DNA of 64,000 bases, taken from the NCBI GenBank assembly GCA_002448235.1, contig DIXF01000002.1:249706-313705 (forward strand), read 5' to 3'. Below the pieces are notes generated by a model. It was not told where the DNA came from and made no database searches. It was given only the letters and a program-made list of their open reading frames with translations. The position numbers and the translations under genes were made by a program. Origin of the DNA: Syntrophaceae bacterium UBA6087 (GTDB taxonomy: Bacteria; Desulfobacterota; Desulfomonilia; UBA1062). Of this stretch, positions 9,934 to 20,289 are shown piece after piece. Position 1 is the first letter of the stretch, and each line of letters opens with the position of its first letter.

Positions 9934-10710
9934 ATGATCAAGGATCTGATCGAAAAGGCCAGGAGCGGCGAGCTCAGTATTGAAGAGGCGGAGGAGATGA
10001 TCGTCCGCACGCTCTACGACCATGGAGAAGACTTTCTCCTGGACCTTCACCGCCACCACCGGACAGGGTTTCCCGAGGTGGTCTACGCGAGGGGCAAGAG
10101 TACCGGGCAGATAGTTGATATCGTCCGTAATTTCCTGGAAAAAAACAAGCAGGCGTTCGTATCCCTGGCCGACGACCCCACCCTGGAAGCCCTGAAAAAG
10201 GCGTTCCCCGCGGCACGGGTTGAGCAGGCCGGAAGCCTGGTGGTGCTGAAAACCGCCGATAGAGAGCCCAACGGGGAAATCGGGACCGTCGGCATCATTA
10301 CGGCAGGGACCGCCGATACCCCCTTTGCCAAGGAATGCGCCCTGCTTCTGGAAGAAATTGGGGCCCGGGTCATCAGGGCTTTTGACTTCGGAGTATCCGG
10401 GCTCCACCGGCCGTTTCTGGGGATCCGGAAGACAATGGACGCCGACGTGCTCGTTGTTTTTGCCGGGATGGACGGGATACTCCCCACCATGATCGCGTCG
10501 CTGACCGACAAGCCGGTGATAGCCGTGCCCACCCCGGTGGGATACGGCCTGGGAGGAGAAGGCGATACCGCGCTGAGAACCATGCTTCAGAGCTGCGTTC
10601 CGGGGCTTGTCGTGCTGAACATCGGCAACAGCGTCGGCGCAGCGGCAGCGGCAGCCAGGATTCTCGGGGCGGTAAGGAGGCGGAAAGATGGAAAGGCTGG
10701 AAGCGATTAA
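9934..10710 (+). CDS. larB: LarB: PurE-like carboxylase/hydrolase that makes pyridinium-3,5-biscarboxylate mononucleotide from NaAD
   Basis: PurE/AIR-carboxylase-like fold (IITAGTADTPFAKECALLLEEIG; VFAGMDGILPTMIASL). GGAGG Shine-Dalgarno 6 nt before the internal ATG at 9934. Overlaps larE. Confidence 0.8.
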   Translation: MIKDLIEKARSGELSIEEAEEMIVRTLYDHGEDFLLDLHRHHRTGFPEVVYARGKSTGQIVDIVRNFLEKNKQAFVSLADDPTLEALKKAFPAARVEQAGSLVVLKTADREPNGEIGTVGIITAGTADTPFAKECALLLEEIGARVIRAFDFGVSGLHRPFLGIRKTMDADVLVVFAGMDGILPTMIASLTDKPVIAVPTPVGYGLGGEGDTALRTMLQSCVPGLVVLNIGNSVGAAAAAARILGAVRRRKDGKAGSD

Positions 10711-11494
10711 GGAATCCATGAGGGACAGGGGAAGGCTCGCAGTCCTGTTCTCCGGAGGGCTCGACAGCACCTTCCTGGTATGGCTTGCCCATGAAGCGCT
10801 TGGGGATGAGGCAAAGGCGCTCACCTTCCGTTCTCCCATCATCCACGAGGAGGATGCCTTAGAAGCACGGATGCTCTCCGACCTCATCGGCATCGACTGC
10901 GAGGACCTCTTTATCGATGAGCTCGGGGCAGACCCGGCCTTTTCCCTGAACCCTGCCGACAGGTGCTACCTGTGCCGGAAGATCAGGGACCGTGAAGCGA
11001 GGCAGTGGGCTGATAAAAAGGGCATAGAAATAATCGCCGACGGCCTGAATTCTTCGGATTTCGGCGACTACCGGCCCGGCATGAGGGCCAGCCGGGAGGA
11101 CGGAATATGGCAGCCCTTTGTCGAGTTCAATTTTACCAAGGATGAGATACGGGCATATTCGAGGCACGTAGGGCTGCCCACCTGGGACAAGCCGAACACG
11201 GTATGCCTCTGCTCCCGCATCCCCTTCGGCATCGAGATCACCGGGGAGCGTCTCCGGAGGGTGGAAAAAGCAGAGACCTTTCTCAAGAGACTCGGCTTCA
11301 TAACGTGCAGGGCGAGGTATTTCCCTCTAGAGACCGCTGTGGTAGAGATTGACGACATGGACCGGGCGATGAAGCACAAGGGAGAAATCGTCACCGTCCT
11401 TCGGGATTTGGGCTTCCAGTTCGTCACGCTCGATCTCGAAGGATTTGCAAGCGGCAAGCTCAACAGGACGCTGCATCGAGGGTCCGACAAATGA
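10688..11494 (+). CDS. larE: LarE: ATP-dependent sacrificial sulfur transferase (PP-loop ATP pyrophosphatase)
   Basis: PP-loop SGGLDST. Cys-rich CLCSRIP (LarE-like). AAGGAGG Shine-Dalgarno 7 nt upstream. 23-nt overlap with larB. Confidence 0.85.
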   Translation: MERLEAIKESMRDRGRLAVLFSGGLDSTFLVWLAHEALGDEAKALTFRSPIIHEEDALEARMLSDLIGIDCEDLFIDELGADPAFSLNPADRCYLCRKIRDREARQWADKKGIEIIADGLNSSDFGDYRPGMRASREDGIWQPFVEFNFTKDEIRAYSRHVGLPTWDKPNTVCLCSRIPFGIEITGERLRRVEKAETFLKRLGFITCRARYFPLETAVVEIDDMDRAMKHKGEIVTVLRDLGFQFVTLDLEGFASGKLNRTLHRGSDK

Positions 11495-11796
11495 ACTACC
11501 CCGCAGCAAGCTACGGGGTAGTTCATTGAAAAAAATCACCGGCCCCTTGCACTCGATGCAAATGCCATTATAATATTATAGTTCTATCCAAGTGCCCATG
11601 GAAGAGATAATTCTTGTTCCTTCTCCCGATTTCCCGTGGCCAGGATCCGAACAGAGATGTCGCATTAACGGAAATATTCTGAGCAAAGAAACAGAGCCAG
11701 GCTTCATGGAACGGAAAGAACCGTGACTGCAGCAAGGCCCTCCGTTTTGCAGGCAGCCTCGGTGATCGGCTTTTTTTAAAGCCGGAAGGGAGGCCT

Positions 11797-12210
11797 ATGG
11801 ATAGCCAAACCAGAGGTTTTTACCTTCATATCGATCTGGATCTCGGTGTGGGCTACATCAAACATCAGGGGAAAATCAGCCTCAAGGATCTTAACGCAGC
11901 AGTAATCGATATGTCCCGCGACCCGAAATTCGAATCCGTTACAAGGGGGATTTCGGATTTCACAAAGGCAAGAGGCGTGTTATCCTCCGAAGATATCAGG
12001 AACCACGTAACCTTTGTTGCCAGGCATCTCTCCCCCAGCAAGAAGTTCAAGTGGGCGATCATCGCTCAAACGAACCTCGCCTACGGTCTTGCCCGAATGT
12101 TCGATATATTGATTGATACCAAAGGGCTGAATATCGAACTGCAGGTGTTCAAAGACCCTCACGAAGCAAAGGTATGGCTTGGCATCATAGAAAGAAAATA
12201 CGTTTCCTGA
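11797..12210 (+). CDS. Hypothetical protein (137 aa) with no confident family assignment
   Basis: GGGAGG Shine-Dalgarno 4 nt upstream. Stand-alone gene flanked by large intergenic regions. Confidence 0.55.
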   Translation: MDSQTRGFYLHIDLDLGVGYIKHQGKISLKDLNAAVIDMSRDPKFESVTRGISDFTKARGVLSSEDIRNHVTFVARHLSPSKKFKWAIIAQTNLAYGLARMFDILIDTKGLNIELQVFKDPHEAKVWLGIIERKYVS

Positions 12211-12439
12211 CTGTGTAGGAAGTCTTTGGATTATACTCCCCCTTTGCAATCGAGCCATGCAAAAGGCGTGTGTATCGACTATTATGCTTGCCGATCCTGT
12301 AGTTCTTTTTTTCCGAGCTGCCGTATCCTTCCGGAACATGTATTCTTAATCAGATATGATGTCTTGTCATGGATTCAGGCAATCAGGTAAATAATATATT
12401 CTGTTGAACGCGATACGTAAAAAATGAAGTGGAGGCATC

Positions 12440-14440
12440 TTGTCCCGAGCACTGGGGAACAGCAAACGGGAAAGTCTTTTCTTGAAAAAGGCGGGACGCA
12501 TTCTGGTCGTCGTCCTCCTCGTTCTTGCGCCGCTGGCTGTCTACTGGCAGGTCGGCGGGCATGAATTCGTGAATTTCGACGATGACGACTATATCTTTCA
12601 GAATCTTACCGTGAAAAGCGGGATGAATATCCAGGGAGTATGCTGGGCGTTTTCTTTTACAGAGAGCTCCTACTGGCACCCGCTGACCTGGATCTCTCAC
12701 ATGCTGGACTGTCAGTTCTTCGGCCTGGATGCGGGAAAGCATCACCTCGTGAATCTGCTCTTTCACCAGGTAAACGTCATCCTGCTCTTCGCCTTCTTGT
12801 CACTGACGACCGGCGCAGCAGGCAGGAGCGCCTTTGCCGCTGCACTTTTCGCCCTCCACCCCATCAATGTGGATACGGTTGCATGGGTTTCGGAACGGAA
12901 AAATCTCTTGAGCACGACCCTGTGGCTTGTGACCATGCTATCCTACCTGTACTACGTAAAAAAACCCGGGGTCTTGCGGTATGGAGCCCTTCTGCTGTCA
13001 TTCGTTCTGGGGCTCCTTGCCAAACCCATGCTCGTCACGCTTCCCTTTGTCTTGCTGCTCCTCGATTACTGGCCGCTCAGGCGCTTTTCTCTCATGGGAG
13101 GGGATGAGGGGAAAAAGGCAAGGAAAGGAAGCCGGCAGGCCTGGTACCAGGGAGAGCCTTTGTCGAGATTGATTTCGGAAAAAGCGCCGCTGCTTGTCCT
13201 GTCCCTGATCATGGTAGCACTTTCCTCCCACTCGATAAAAAGCCTGAACGCGGTCGTGAGTTTCGAGGCCGTGCCCCTGGGGCTTCGCATAGCAAACGGG
13301 ATCGTCTCGTATGCGGCATACCTCCTGAAAATAGCCTATCCTGCCAACCTGACCTTTTATTATCCTTATCCGACGATTGTTCCGGGATGGCAGATCGCAG
13401 GCGCAGCGGTATTAATCGGCGCCTTGACATATCTCGCATTCAGGTGCGCCAGGACCCATCCTTACGGCATAGTGGGCTGGCTGTGGTATATGGGAACACT
13501 CGTGCCGGTACTCGGTATCATCCAGGGAGGCTTATGGCCTGCCATTGCAGAGCGCTGGGCATATGTGCCGATCATCGGTGTCTCGATCGTTCTCTCCTGG
13601 GCAGGAGCGGATCTCGTATCAGGGGCGAAGTACAGGCGTTTTATCGCTCCGGCCGCCTGCACCCTGATTTTGGGCATTCTTTCGTGCCTTACGTATATTC
13701 AGGCGGGCTACTGGCGGAATGATTTTACCCTGTGCACCCGTGCGCTCGAAATCAATCCGGATAATTATGTAGCACACAACAACCTGGGCATTGTGTTCAA
13801 GAATGAGGGAAACAATAATAAGGCCGCTTTCCACTACCGGGAAGCCTTGAGAATCAGCCCTGCAAATGTAACCGTCCAAAGCAATCTCGCCAATGCCCTT
13901 ATGGGTGCAGGCCTGATGGACGAAGCGGTCAGGCATTACCGGGAGGCATTGAAACTCAGCCCCGATGAGGCCGATATCCATTTCAACCTTGGGGCAGCCC
14001 TGGAAAAAATGGGCAGGACCGAAGATGCGGCACGTTCATACAGGCAGGCTTTTGCACTCAATCCTCATCTGGAGTTACCTCATGATGCATTGGGGAATGT
14101 CCGTCTGGCGGAGGGAAAGTTCGATGAGGCTATCCGGCACTATCTGACAGCCATCAAGGAAAACCCTGCATCTGCTGTTATCAGATACAATCTCGGGAAT
14201 GCCTATGCGAGCAAGGGGGAGATGGAGGCAGCCGTCAGGAGCTATTCGGACGCGATCGATCTCGATAAGCGCTACGCGGAGGCCTACAATAATATGGGCA
14301 ATGCCCTGGCAATGCTCGGAAAAAACAGTGAGGCAATAAGCTGCTATAAAAAGGCCATCGAGATCAAACCCGGATTTGGCGATGCCGTAAAAAACTGCAG
14401 GATCATAGAGTCTCGGGAAGGGCCTTCGGCAAAGAAATAA
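12440..14440 (+). CDS. Membrane protein with an N-terminal multi-TM domain (PMT/O-antigen-ligase-like, DUF2723-type) and C-terminal TPR repeats. It appears to use a TTG start.
   Basis: About 11 hydrophobic helices, then 7 or more TPR repeats (AHNNLGIVFKNEGNNNKAAFHYREALRISP ...). GGAGG Shine-Dalgarno before the TTG. Confidence 0.75.
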   Translation: MSRALGNSKRESLFLKKAGRILVVVLLVLAPLAVYWQVGGHEFVNFDDDDYIFQNLTVKSGMNIQGVCWAFSFTESSYWHPLTWISHMLDCQFFGLDAGKHHLVNLLFHQVNVILLFAFLSLTTGAAGRSAFAAALFALHPINVDTVAWVSERKNLLSTTLWLVTMLSYLYYVKKPGVLRYGALLLSFVLGLLAKPMLVTLPFVLLLLDYWPLRRFSLMGGDEGKKARKGSRQAWYQGEPLSRLISEKAPLLVLSLIMVALSSHSIKSLNAVVSFEAVPLGLRIANGIVSYAAYLLKIAYPANLTFYYPYPTIVPGWQIAGAAVLIGALTYLAFRCARTHPYGIVGWLWYMGTLVPVLGIIQGGLWPAIAERWAYVPIIGVSIVLSWAGADLVSGAKYRRFIAPAACTLILGILSCLTYIQAGYWRNDFTLCTRALEINPDNYVAHNNLGIVFKNEGNNNKAAFHYREALRISPANVTVQSNLANALMGAGLMDEAVRHYREALKLSPDEADIHFNLGAALEKMGRTEDAARSYRQAFALNPHLELPHDALGNVRLAEGKFDEAIRHYLTAIKENPASAVIRYNLGNAYASKGEMEAAVRSYSDAIDLDKRYAEAYNNMGNALAMLGKNSEAISCYKKAIEIKPGFGDAVKNCRIIESREGPSAKK

Positions 14441-14549
14441 GGAGCTTATCATACATATGCTGCCTGTTTACTGCCGTTTTTTTCAGGCCGTCCGGATATC
14501 TGCAAGGAATGGTTTTGTAATACGTCTATAAGGGAAAGGGGTGTTCGAT

Positions 14550-14966
14550 ATGAAGTCATACAGGAAGGAACTCTGGTTTAATACGCAAAAGCGCCTCGAA
14601 TTCATAAACATCACCCCGGAAGTGGAAACATGCCTTCGGGAAAGCGGGATCAGAGAGGGTCTCGTGCTCGTCAACGCCATGCATATAACTGCCAGCGTAT
14701 TTATCAATGACGATGAATCGGGCCTTCATCATGATTTTGCACGATGGCTCGAGGAGCTCGCGCCCCATGAGCCTGTCTCGGGCTACAAGCACAATGTGGG
14801 GGAGGATAACGCCGACGGCCATCTCAAGCGCCAGATCATGGGCAGGGAAGTGGTGGTTGCGGTCACGGACGGCAAACTCGACTCCGGCCCGTGGGAGCAG
14901 ATCTTCTATGGCGAGTTCGACGGCAGGAGGCGCAAGCGCGTACTGGTCAAGGTCATTGGGGAGTAA
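14550..14966 (+). CDS. yjbQ: YjbQ/UPF0047 family protein (secondary thiamine-phosphate synthase-like)
   Basis: Collinear with the YjbQ family ([26 protein letters not shown]...). AGGGAAAGGGG Shine-Dalgarno before the ATG at 14550. Confidence 0.8.
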   Translation: MKSYRKELWFNTQKRLEFINITPEVETCLRESGIREGLVLVNAMHITASVFINDDESGLHHDFARWLEELAPHEPVSGYKHNVGEDNADGHLKRQIMGREVVVAVTDGKLDSGPWEQIFYGEFDGRRRKRVLVKVIGE

Positions 14967-17655
14967 GCTCCTGCCCCGGCTGGGACAGGTGCGCTTTCAG
15001 CTTGTCCATGGCCCGGCCGAAATCGGTCCAGTTTCCCTGACGGAGAGCATTTTCCGCATCCTGCATCAGGTCGAGCACCGCTGCTCCCGGCCGTGGCAGA
15101 CCGTCCGGGCGAGGGGTAACGGCCTCTATCCCCGGTCTCCGGGGCGGCTGCATGCCGAAAATGGCATTGAGCGCATCCTGGACAGAGGCCTCCATGACAA
15201 CCTTTCCTCCGTACACCATGATGACCCGTTTCAGCTGGGGGATATTGGCCCCTTCTGCAAGGATATATACGGGCTCGACATAGAGGAATGAAGTATTTAT
15301 GGGAATCACGAGCAGATTGCCCCGGATAACCTGCGAACCCCGCTGATCCCAGAGGGAAAGCTGCTGAGAGATCAGCGTATCCTGGTTGATCATAGCTTCT
15401 ATCTGCACCGGGCCGTAGACGATCCGGTCTTTGGGAAGCTTGTATACGATGATCTCTCCATACCAGGGAAAATCCGACCTGCTGGCCATCCATGCGATCA
15501 TGTTATTGCGGTTCTGCGGGGTAAGCGGCATCATCATGATGTACTGGAGATCCTTTTCATCGGGCAGGCGTATGAGAACATAGTACGGTTCCATCCGGCC
15601 GGGCTTTCCCTGATAGTTCTCCCGGGGGAATGCCCAGAGGTCTTCCCTGTTGTAGAAGACCTGGGGGACGGTCATGTGGTAGGTACGGTACATATCGGCC
15701 TGAATGGTAAACAGATCTTCCGGATACCGGACATGGCCTTTCAGGTGCTCGGGTAACTCGTTCATGCCTTTGAAGACGCCCGGGAACGCCCGGCTGTATA
15801 CCCTGATGACCGGATCTTCCGGGTCGAATATATAGAAGCCTGTAGAACCGTCGTAGGCGTCCATGACTACCTTGACCGAGTTCCTGATATAATTCAGTTC
15901 CCCCCTGATGCTTTCGGAGTAGGGGTAATTCCTCGATATCGTATAGGCGTCCTGTATCCAATATAGCCTCCCCTCGCTCAAAACCAGGTAGGGGTCTTTA
16001 TCGAGCACGAAAAATGGTGCAATGCGGGTTACCCTCTGGGAGATGTTCCTCCACAGCTGGATACGGCTTTCGGGCTTCAGGTAGCGTGATATCAGGATGT
16101 TGATGTCTCTCGTGTCCCAGGCAAAGAGAACCTTCTTCCAGATGCTGTCGAGAAGGATGCCCCCGGAGCCCTGATAGCTGGTGTAGCTGTTGGTGTCTCC
16201 CTTGGGGTAATCGAGTTCCATGATGCGGGTATTCACGATGCGATAACCAGGTGTTCTCTCCGCATAGTAGAGAGCCGGCCGATCTACCTTCAGCCCGGTC
16301 GATACAGGAGGGATATCCTCAATAACGTACCGGGGAAAGCCTTCTCCCAAAAACTCCGAGACCGTGCTCATGACGAGCCCGTAGCCGTGGGTGAACTGGA
16401 GATTGCTGTTGACCCAGGTTCTGGCCTTTTCCGGAAGCTCTTCGGCAAGCTCGCGTGCCGAGAGCATCACCTGGCGGTATCCTTCACCCGGGATGTTATA
16501 CCTGCCGACATCCACTTCGTAGAACTGGTAGTAGAGACGTATGGCCTGGGTCTGGTTATAGGTCTGCAGGATCGGGCGCCAGTCCCAGAGACGGATGTTT
16601 ATTATCGTTTCTTCGTTGTCCGCAAGTTCGGCCTGGGTGAGATCGTCCACGGCGGAATACGATCGCTCCCGAATCCGGTCGAGGCCGTATGCCTTCCTTG
16701 TCATCAGGATATTGTATTCAATGTACTGTCTTTCGAGGTCCAGTTCGTTCGGGCGTACGATGTATTTCTGCGTGAAAGCCGGTACTATCCCGAGAGAAAA
16801 AAGGGAGAGCAGAAGGAATATGCCGAGTGCAGCGATGAGATAGCCGATCCGCTTGACATAAACGGTCAGTGCGATGGCCGCTGCAAGAACAAGGCTTGCG
16901 AAGAACATGACCGTCAAGCTTGGGCGGACAATGGTGTAATCGACATATCCCATGCCGGATACGACTCCCCGCGTCGAAAAGAGAAGGGCGTATCTATCCA
17001 GCAGGTAACCGGCTCCCAGGGTTATGACGAAGAGGATGCTCAAAATCGTGATGTGGATGAGTATCGGCCTTTCGATAAAGGTGAGCAGGGAGCTTTCCAG
17101 GGGAATCTTTTCCAGAGAGAAGTAAATCAGAAGCACTGTTACCAGCGCGATAAGAAACAGGGTGACAAGGCTGTTCTGTAGAAGATTGTAGAAGGGGAGC
17201 TCGAAGAAATAAAACATCAGGTCCATGTGATAGATCGGGTCTGTCTGCCGGATACTCTCTCTCCAGAAAAATTCGAGCAGGGTGCTCCACTGGTTCATGA
17301 GTATCAGGGCGAACAGAACGGAAAAGATCAGGGAACCGATTATGGCTATAAGCCGGGCCTTCTGCGGGCTTATTACGGTATTCTGCTGTCCTGCGACAAC
17401 GAGCTCTTTCTCTCGGAAGCTGTGCTTGACGGCTGTTCCGATATTTACCCAGGAGAAAAGGAAAACAAAAGCGAACGAGGCGATGAAAACGGACGCCTTA
17501 AGGAGCAGTGTCCGGAGAAAGATTGTTTCGAATCCGAGGTTGTCCATCCAGAGCCAATGGACCAGTGTGCCTGACAGGAGGGAAAAGAGAATAGGGATTG
17601 CGATCAGGATGATTGCTGCAACGCCGGCGATGACCGATCGCTTCCTGTTTCCCAT
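14953..17655 (-). CDS. UPF0182 family large membrane protein (900 aa)
   Basis: Seven N-terminal TM helices followed by a large soluble domain typical of UPF0182. AGGAGAG Shine-Dalgarno upstream. Confidence 0.8.
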   Translation of the reverse strand: MGNRKRSVIAGVAAIILIAIPILFSLLSGTLVHWLWMDNLGFETIFLRTLLLKASVFIASFAFVFLFSWVNIGTAVKHSFREKELVVAGQQNTVISPQKARLIAIIGSLIFSVLFALILMNQWSTLLEFFWRESIRQTDPIYHMDLMFYFFELPFYNLLQNSLVTLFLIALVTVLLIYFSLEKIPLESSLLTFIERPILIHITILSILFVITLGAGYLLDRYALLFSTRGVVSGMGYVDYTIVRPSLTVMFFASLVLAAAIALTVYVKRIGYLIAALGIFLLLSLFSLGIVPAFTQKYIVRPNELDLERQYIEYNILMTRKAYGLDRIRERSYSAVDDLTQAELADNEETIINIRLWDWRPILQTYNQTQAIRLYYQFYEVDVGRYNIPGEGYRQVMLSARELAEELPEKARTWVNSNLQFTHGYGLVMSTVSEFLGEGFPRYVIEDIPPVSTGLKVDRPALYYAERTPGYRIVNTRIMELDYPKGDTNSYTSYQGSGGILLDSIWKKVLFAWDTRDINILISRYLKPESRIQLWRNISQRVTRIAPFFVLDKDPYLVLSEGRLYWIQDAYTISRNYPYSESIRGELNYIRNSVKVVMDAYDGSTGFYIFDPEDPVIRVYSRAFPGVFKGMNELPEHLKGHVRYPEDLFTIQADMYRTYHMTVPQVFYNREDLWAFPRENYQGKPGRMEPYYVLIRLPDEKDLQYIMMMPLTPQNRNNMIAWMASRSDFPWYGEIIVYKLPKDRIVYGPVQIEAMINQDTLISQQLSLWDQRGSQVIRGNLLVIPINTSFLYVEPVYILAEGANIPQLKRVIMVYGGKVVMEASVQDALNAIFGMQPPRRPGIEAVTPRPDGLPRPGAAVLDLMQDAENALRQGNWTDFGRAMDKLKAHLSQPGQELTPQ

Positions 17656-18074
17656 ATATCCGCTCTCCTAAAAAAGGTATATCAAGAAGAACTGCTTCTC
17701 CGTGGGGAGGGGTTTTCAGGGGAAGCTTTTCAAAAAGAATGCCAGTGTCCCCGGAGAAGTGCTTACGGCGGTGTAATATGTGCATGCACCGGTTTGTGGG
17801 TGAGAGAAAAGCTTACGGTAAAGACCGGCGATGTCTCTCTGCGCGGGATAGAAATCCCCTTTCTCCGGACAAGTTTTCCGACCGGTCTTTCCCACACCTT
17901 CATAACCCCGTATGATCCGGCAGATGCCCTCCTTTACACCCCCCTTGGCATACTCATTGTATCTCCCTATATGAACAGTTCATAGAGAGCATATCCTGAC
18001 CGCCTTACGAGAGCCGGACCCGGTTGGGACCCGTTTATGCGGCCAAACGCATATGCTCGAAGGGAGTAGCGTAA

Positions 18075-19229
18075 ATGTTCGGGAAGAGAATGAAAATATT
18101 CAAGCTCTTCGGCTTTTCCGTCTATATCGATCTAAGCTGGCTCATAATAGCCATGCTCATCACCTGGACACTGGCACAGGGATACTTCCCTTATTTCAAT
18201 AAAGGCCTTTCCTTAAGGACGTACTGGGTCATGGGGGTTTTCGGAGCCCTTGGTCTCTTCCTGTCCATCATATTTCACGAGATGAGCCATTCCCTGGTTT
18301 CACGGATGTTCGGGCTGGAGATGAAAAGCATTACTTTGTTTGTCTTCGGGGGAGTTGCCGAGATGGGAGAGGAGCCTGCGAACCCGAAAACCGAATTTTC
18401 CATGGCCATTGCCGGCCCCCTTTCGAGCATCGTGCTCGGATTTCTGTTTTTCGGCCTCTCCCGGCTCGCGATGCAGCTTGCGTGGCCTGAGCCTGTCTGG
18501 GCTGTATTCTCCTACCTGTCCGTGATCAACTTCGTTTTGGCCGCATTCAACCTCATCCCCGCATATCCGCTGGATGGAGGGAGGGTGCTGCGCTCCGCTC
18601 TCTGGTCATGGAAGAAGGATTTGAGGGCCTCTACGCGGATCGCCTCCCGGATCGGTTCCGGGTTCGGGATGGGTCTTATCATCCTGGGCGTGCTCAACGT
18701 CCTGACCGGTAATTTTATCGGGGGGATGTGGTGGTTTCTCATCGGCCTGTTTCTCCGCAATGCATCGAACACGTCGTATACCCAGCTGCTCATAGAGCGG
18801 GCGCTCAAGGGAGAGCCTGTCAGGAGGATCATGAAGACGCATCCGGTTTCGGTCTCTCCTTCGACATCCGTGGACGAGTTGGTAAACGAATACTTCTACC
18901 GGTATCACTACAAGATGTTTCCGGTGGAAAACAAATCCGGCAGGCTCGAAGGGTGCATAACCATCGATAAAGTGAAGGAAGTGCCCCATGATCAATGGAA
19001 AGAGACGATAGTCGAGGACGTGGCGTCCGGGTGTGCGGAGAACAATACCGTAGATGTCTCGGCCGACGCCTTCAACGTCATGGCCCGGATGAACAGGCAG
19101 GGGGTGAGCAAGCTCCTGGTCACCGAGAACGGTGCGCTGGAAGGCATAGTAACTCTGAAGGATCTGTTTGACTTCCTTACCATCAAGATGGACCTCGAAG
19201 GCGAAGAAGTTATCCCCAAGCGGCCCTGA
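18075..19229 (+). CDS. Site-2 (M50) family zinc metalloprotease with a tandem CBS pair
   Basis: HEMSHSL HExxH motif within TM helices, and LDGG. C-terminal CBS domains. GAAGGGAG Shine-Dalgarno. Confidence 0.85.
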   Translation: MFGKRMKIFKLFGFSVYIDLSWLIIAMLITWTLAQGYFPYFNKGLSLRTYWVMGVFGALGLFLSIIFHEMSHSLVSRMFGLEMKSITLFVFGGVAEMGEEPANPKTEFSMAIAGPLSSIVLGFLFFGLSRLAMQLAWPEPVWAVFSYLSVINFVLAAFNLIPAYPLDGGRVLRSALWSWKKDLRASTRIASRIGSGFGMGLIILGVLNVLTGNFIGGMWWFLIGLFLRNASNTSYTQLLIERALKGEPVRRIMKTHPVSVSPSTSVDELVNEYFYRYHYKMFPVENKSGRLEGCITIDKVKEVPHDQWKETIVEDVASGCAENNTVDVSADAFNVMARMNRQGVSKLLVTENGALEGIVTLKDLFDFLTIKMDLEGEEVIPKRP

Positions 19230-19661
19230 AGTGATTCTTCAGGAAAAATCCAGTTTTACGGGAATATGTCTTGCCCGGCAGGACAAATGAGACATACCAT
19301 TCCAGGGCCACTCATTGCAACTATCTGATAAGATACAGGATATAAAATTACTCCCCGGTGGCATACTCCTTGTAATATCTCATGATACTGTGTTTCCCCA
19401 AGGGGATGTTGAAATCGGAAGGATTTAGGAAGGCATACAAGGGATAAAGGACTTTTTCCTTCAACCTTCTTTGAATAAAAGAAAACCCCTTGTGAAATGA
19501 TTCGGGCAGCACATTATATAAAATTATACGGCAGTCTTGACGCTGATGATGGTTATTAAAGGCTGATTCGTACATGAGTAGAGGCTCAGGACAAAACAGT
19601 GAACAAAGAAATTAGGTGTAAGGGCAAAGCAGAAACGGACCACGTATGCTCCTCTTAGCGG

Positions 19662-19710
19662 GGGTTGGAGAACCTACCTCAGCCCCGTTCTCCAGCCCTC
19701 TTTTTTTTCT
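19662..19710 (+). terminator. Rho-independent terminator (12-bp stem GGGTTGGAGAAC/GTTCTCCAGCCC followed by a T8 run)
   Basis: Read directly from the sequence. Confidence 0.6.
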
Positions 19711-19757
19711 CTCCCCCGCTTAAGGAGAGACCCGAGAGAGGACATAACCAATATACA

Positions 19758-19799
19758 CGCCATGCGAATTATGGGAATTCGCATGGCGTTTTTCTTTTA
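19758..19799 (+). terminator. Rho-independent terminator (13-bp perfect stem CGCCATGCGAATT/AATTCGCATGGCG, loop ATGGG, then TTTTTCTTTT)
   Basis: Read directly from the sequence. Confidence 0.7.
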
Positions 19800-19979
19800 G
19801 ATCATCTGTTATCCAGTTGCTTGATTTCATTAAAAATCCAGGCATTTCTGGGATATCTCAAGAGGCTGTAAGGAATAAAGCTGTTTCATTGCCTTTTTGC
19901 TCTTCTCTCAAGGCGGAGCATCTTGGGAAAAAGGCCCGGGACATGATATATATTGTTTATATGATGTTAGGGGGGGGCA

Positions 19980-20264
19980 ATGGAGGTAGTCTGTCCGTTC
20001 TGCGGAAAGGCAAAGGATCTGCAAAGAGAGTATCTCGGGCTAGTCAATGTCCCGTGCGAATGCGGTGCCGTGGGTGTGATCAACAGGGCCGATGCGTTGC
20101 ACAAGATGACAATGGAGCTTGCAGGAATTTTCGAGGTTGCCGAGGTATCGGTTTCGGATTTCGATGTGCATGAGCCGGTACGGATAAGTATGGGTGCCGA
20201 GACTCCCGGTATCGAAGTGCCGATGATGATAAAGTGGGCCAGGAGGAAGTATATTCCGGTATAA
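19980..20264 (+). CDS. Small hypothetical zinc-ribbon-like protein (94 aa; CPFC...CEC)
   Basis: Four Cys arranged CxxC-N17-CxC. G-rich stretch just before the ATG. Coding-like GC content, unlike the AT-rich flank. Confidence 0.35.
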   Translation: MEVVCPFCGKAKDLQREYLGLVNVPCECGAVGVINRADALHKMTMELAGIFEVAEVSVSDFDVHEPVRISMGAETPGIEVPMMIKWARRKYIPV

Positions 20265-20289
20265 CGGGCATGGCATAATGCTTGGCAGG

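Noticed and set aside
9826-10893. 355-aa minus-strand ORF antisense to larB/larE. Similar long antisense ORFs occur at 4804..5859, 5141..5902, 22027..22788, 25143..26039, 29013..30059 and 46117..47148.
   Set aside because: Each lies entirely opposite a well-supported gene. Their translations are Arg/Pro/Gly-rich low-complexity sequence typical of antisense frames in GC-rich DNA.
19348-19575. 75-aa minus-strand ORF in the AT-rich intergenic island
   Set aside because: AT-rich composition unlike genes here, no RBS, no homology.
19758-19799. Mini-ORF MRIMGIRMAFFF embedded in the terminator hairpin, as a possible Phe leader peptide or attenuator
   Set aside because: No downstream biosynthetic gene on that strand. 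The Phe codons are simply the terminator T-run.
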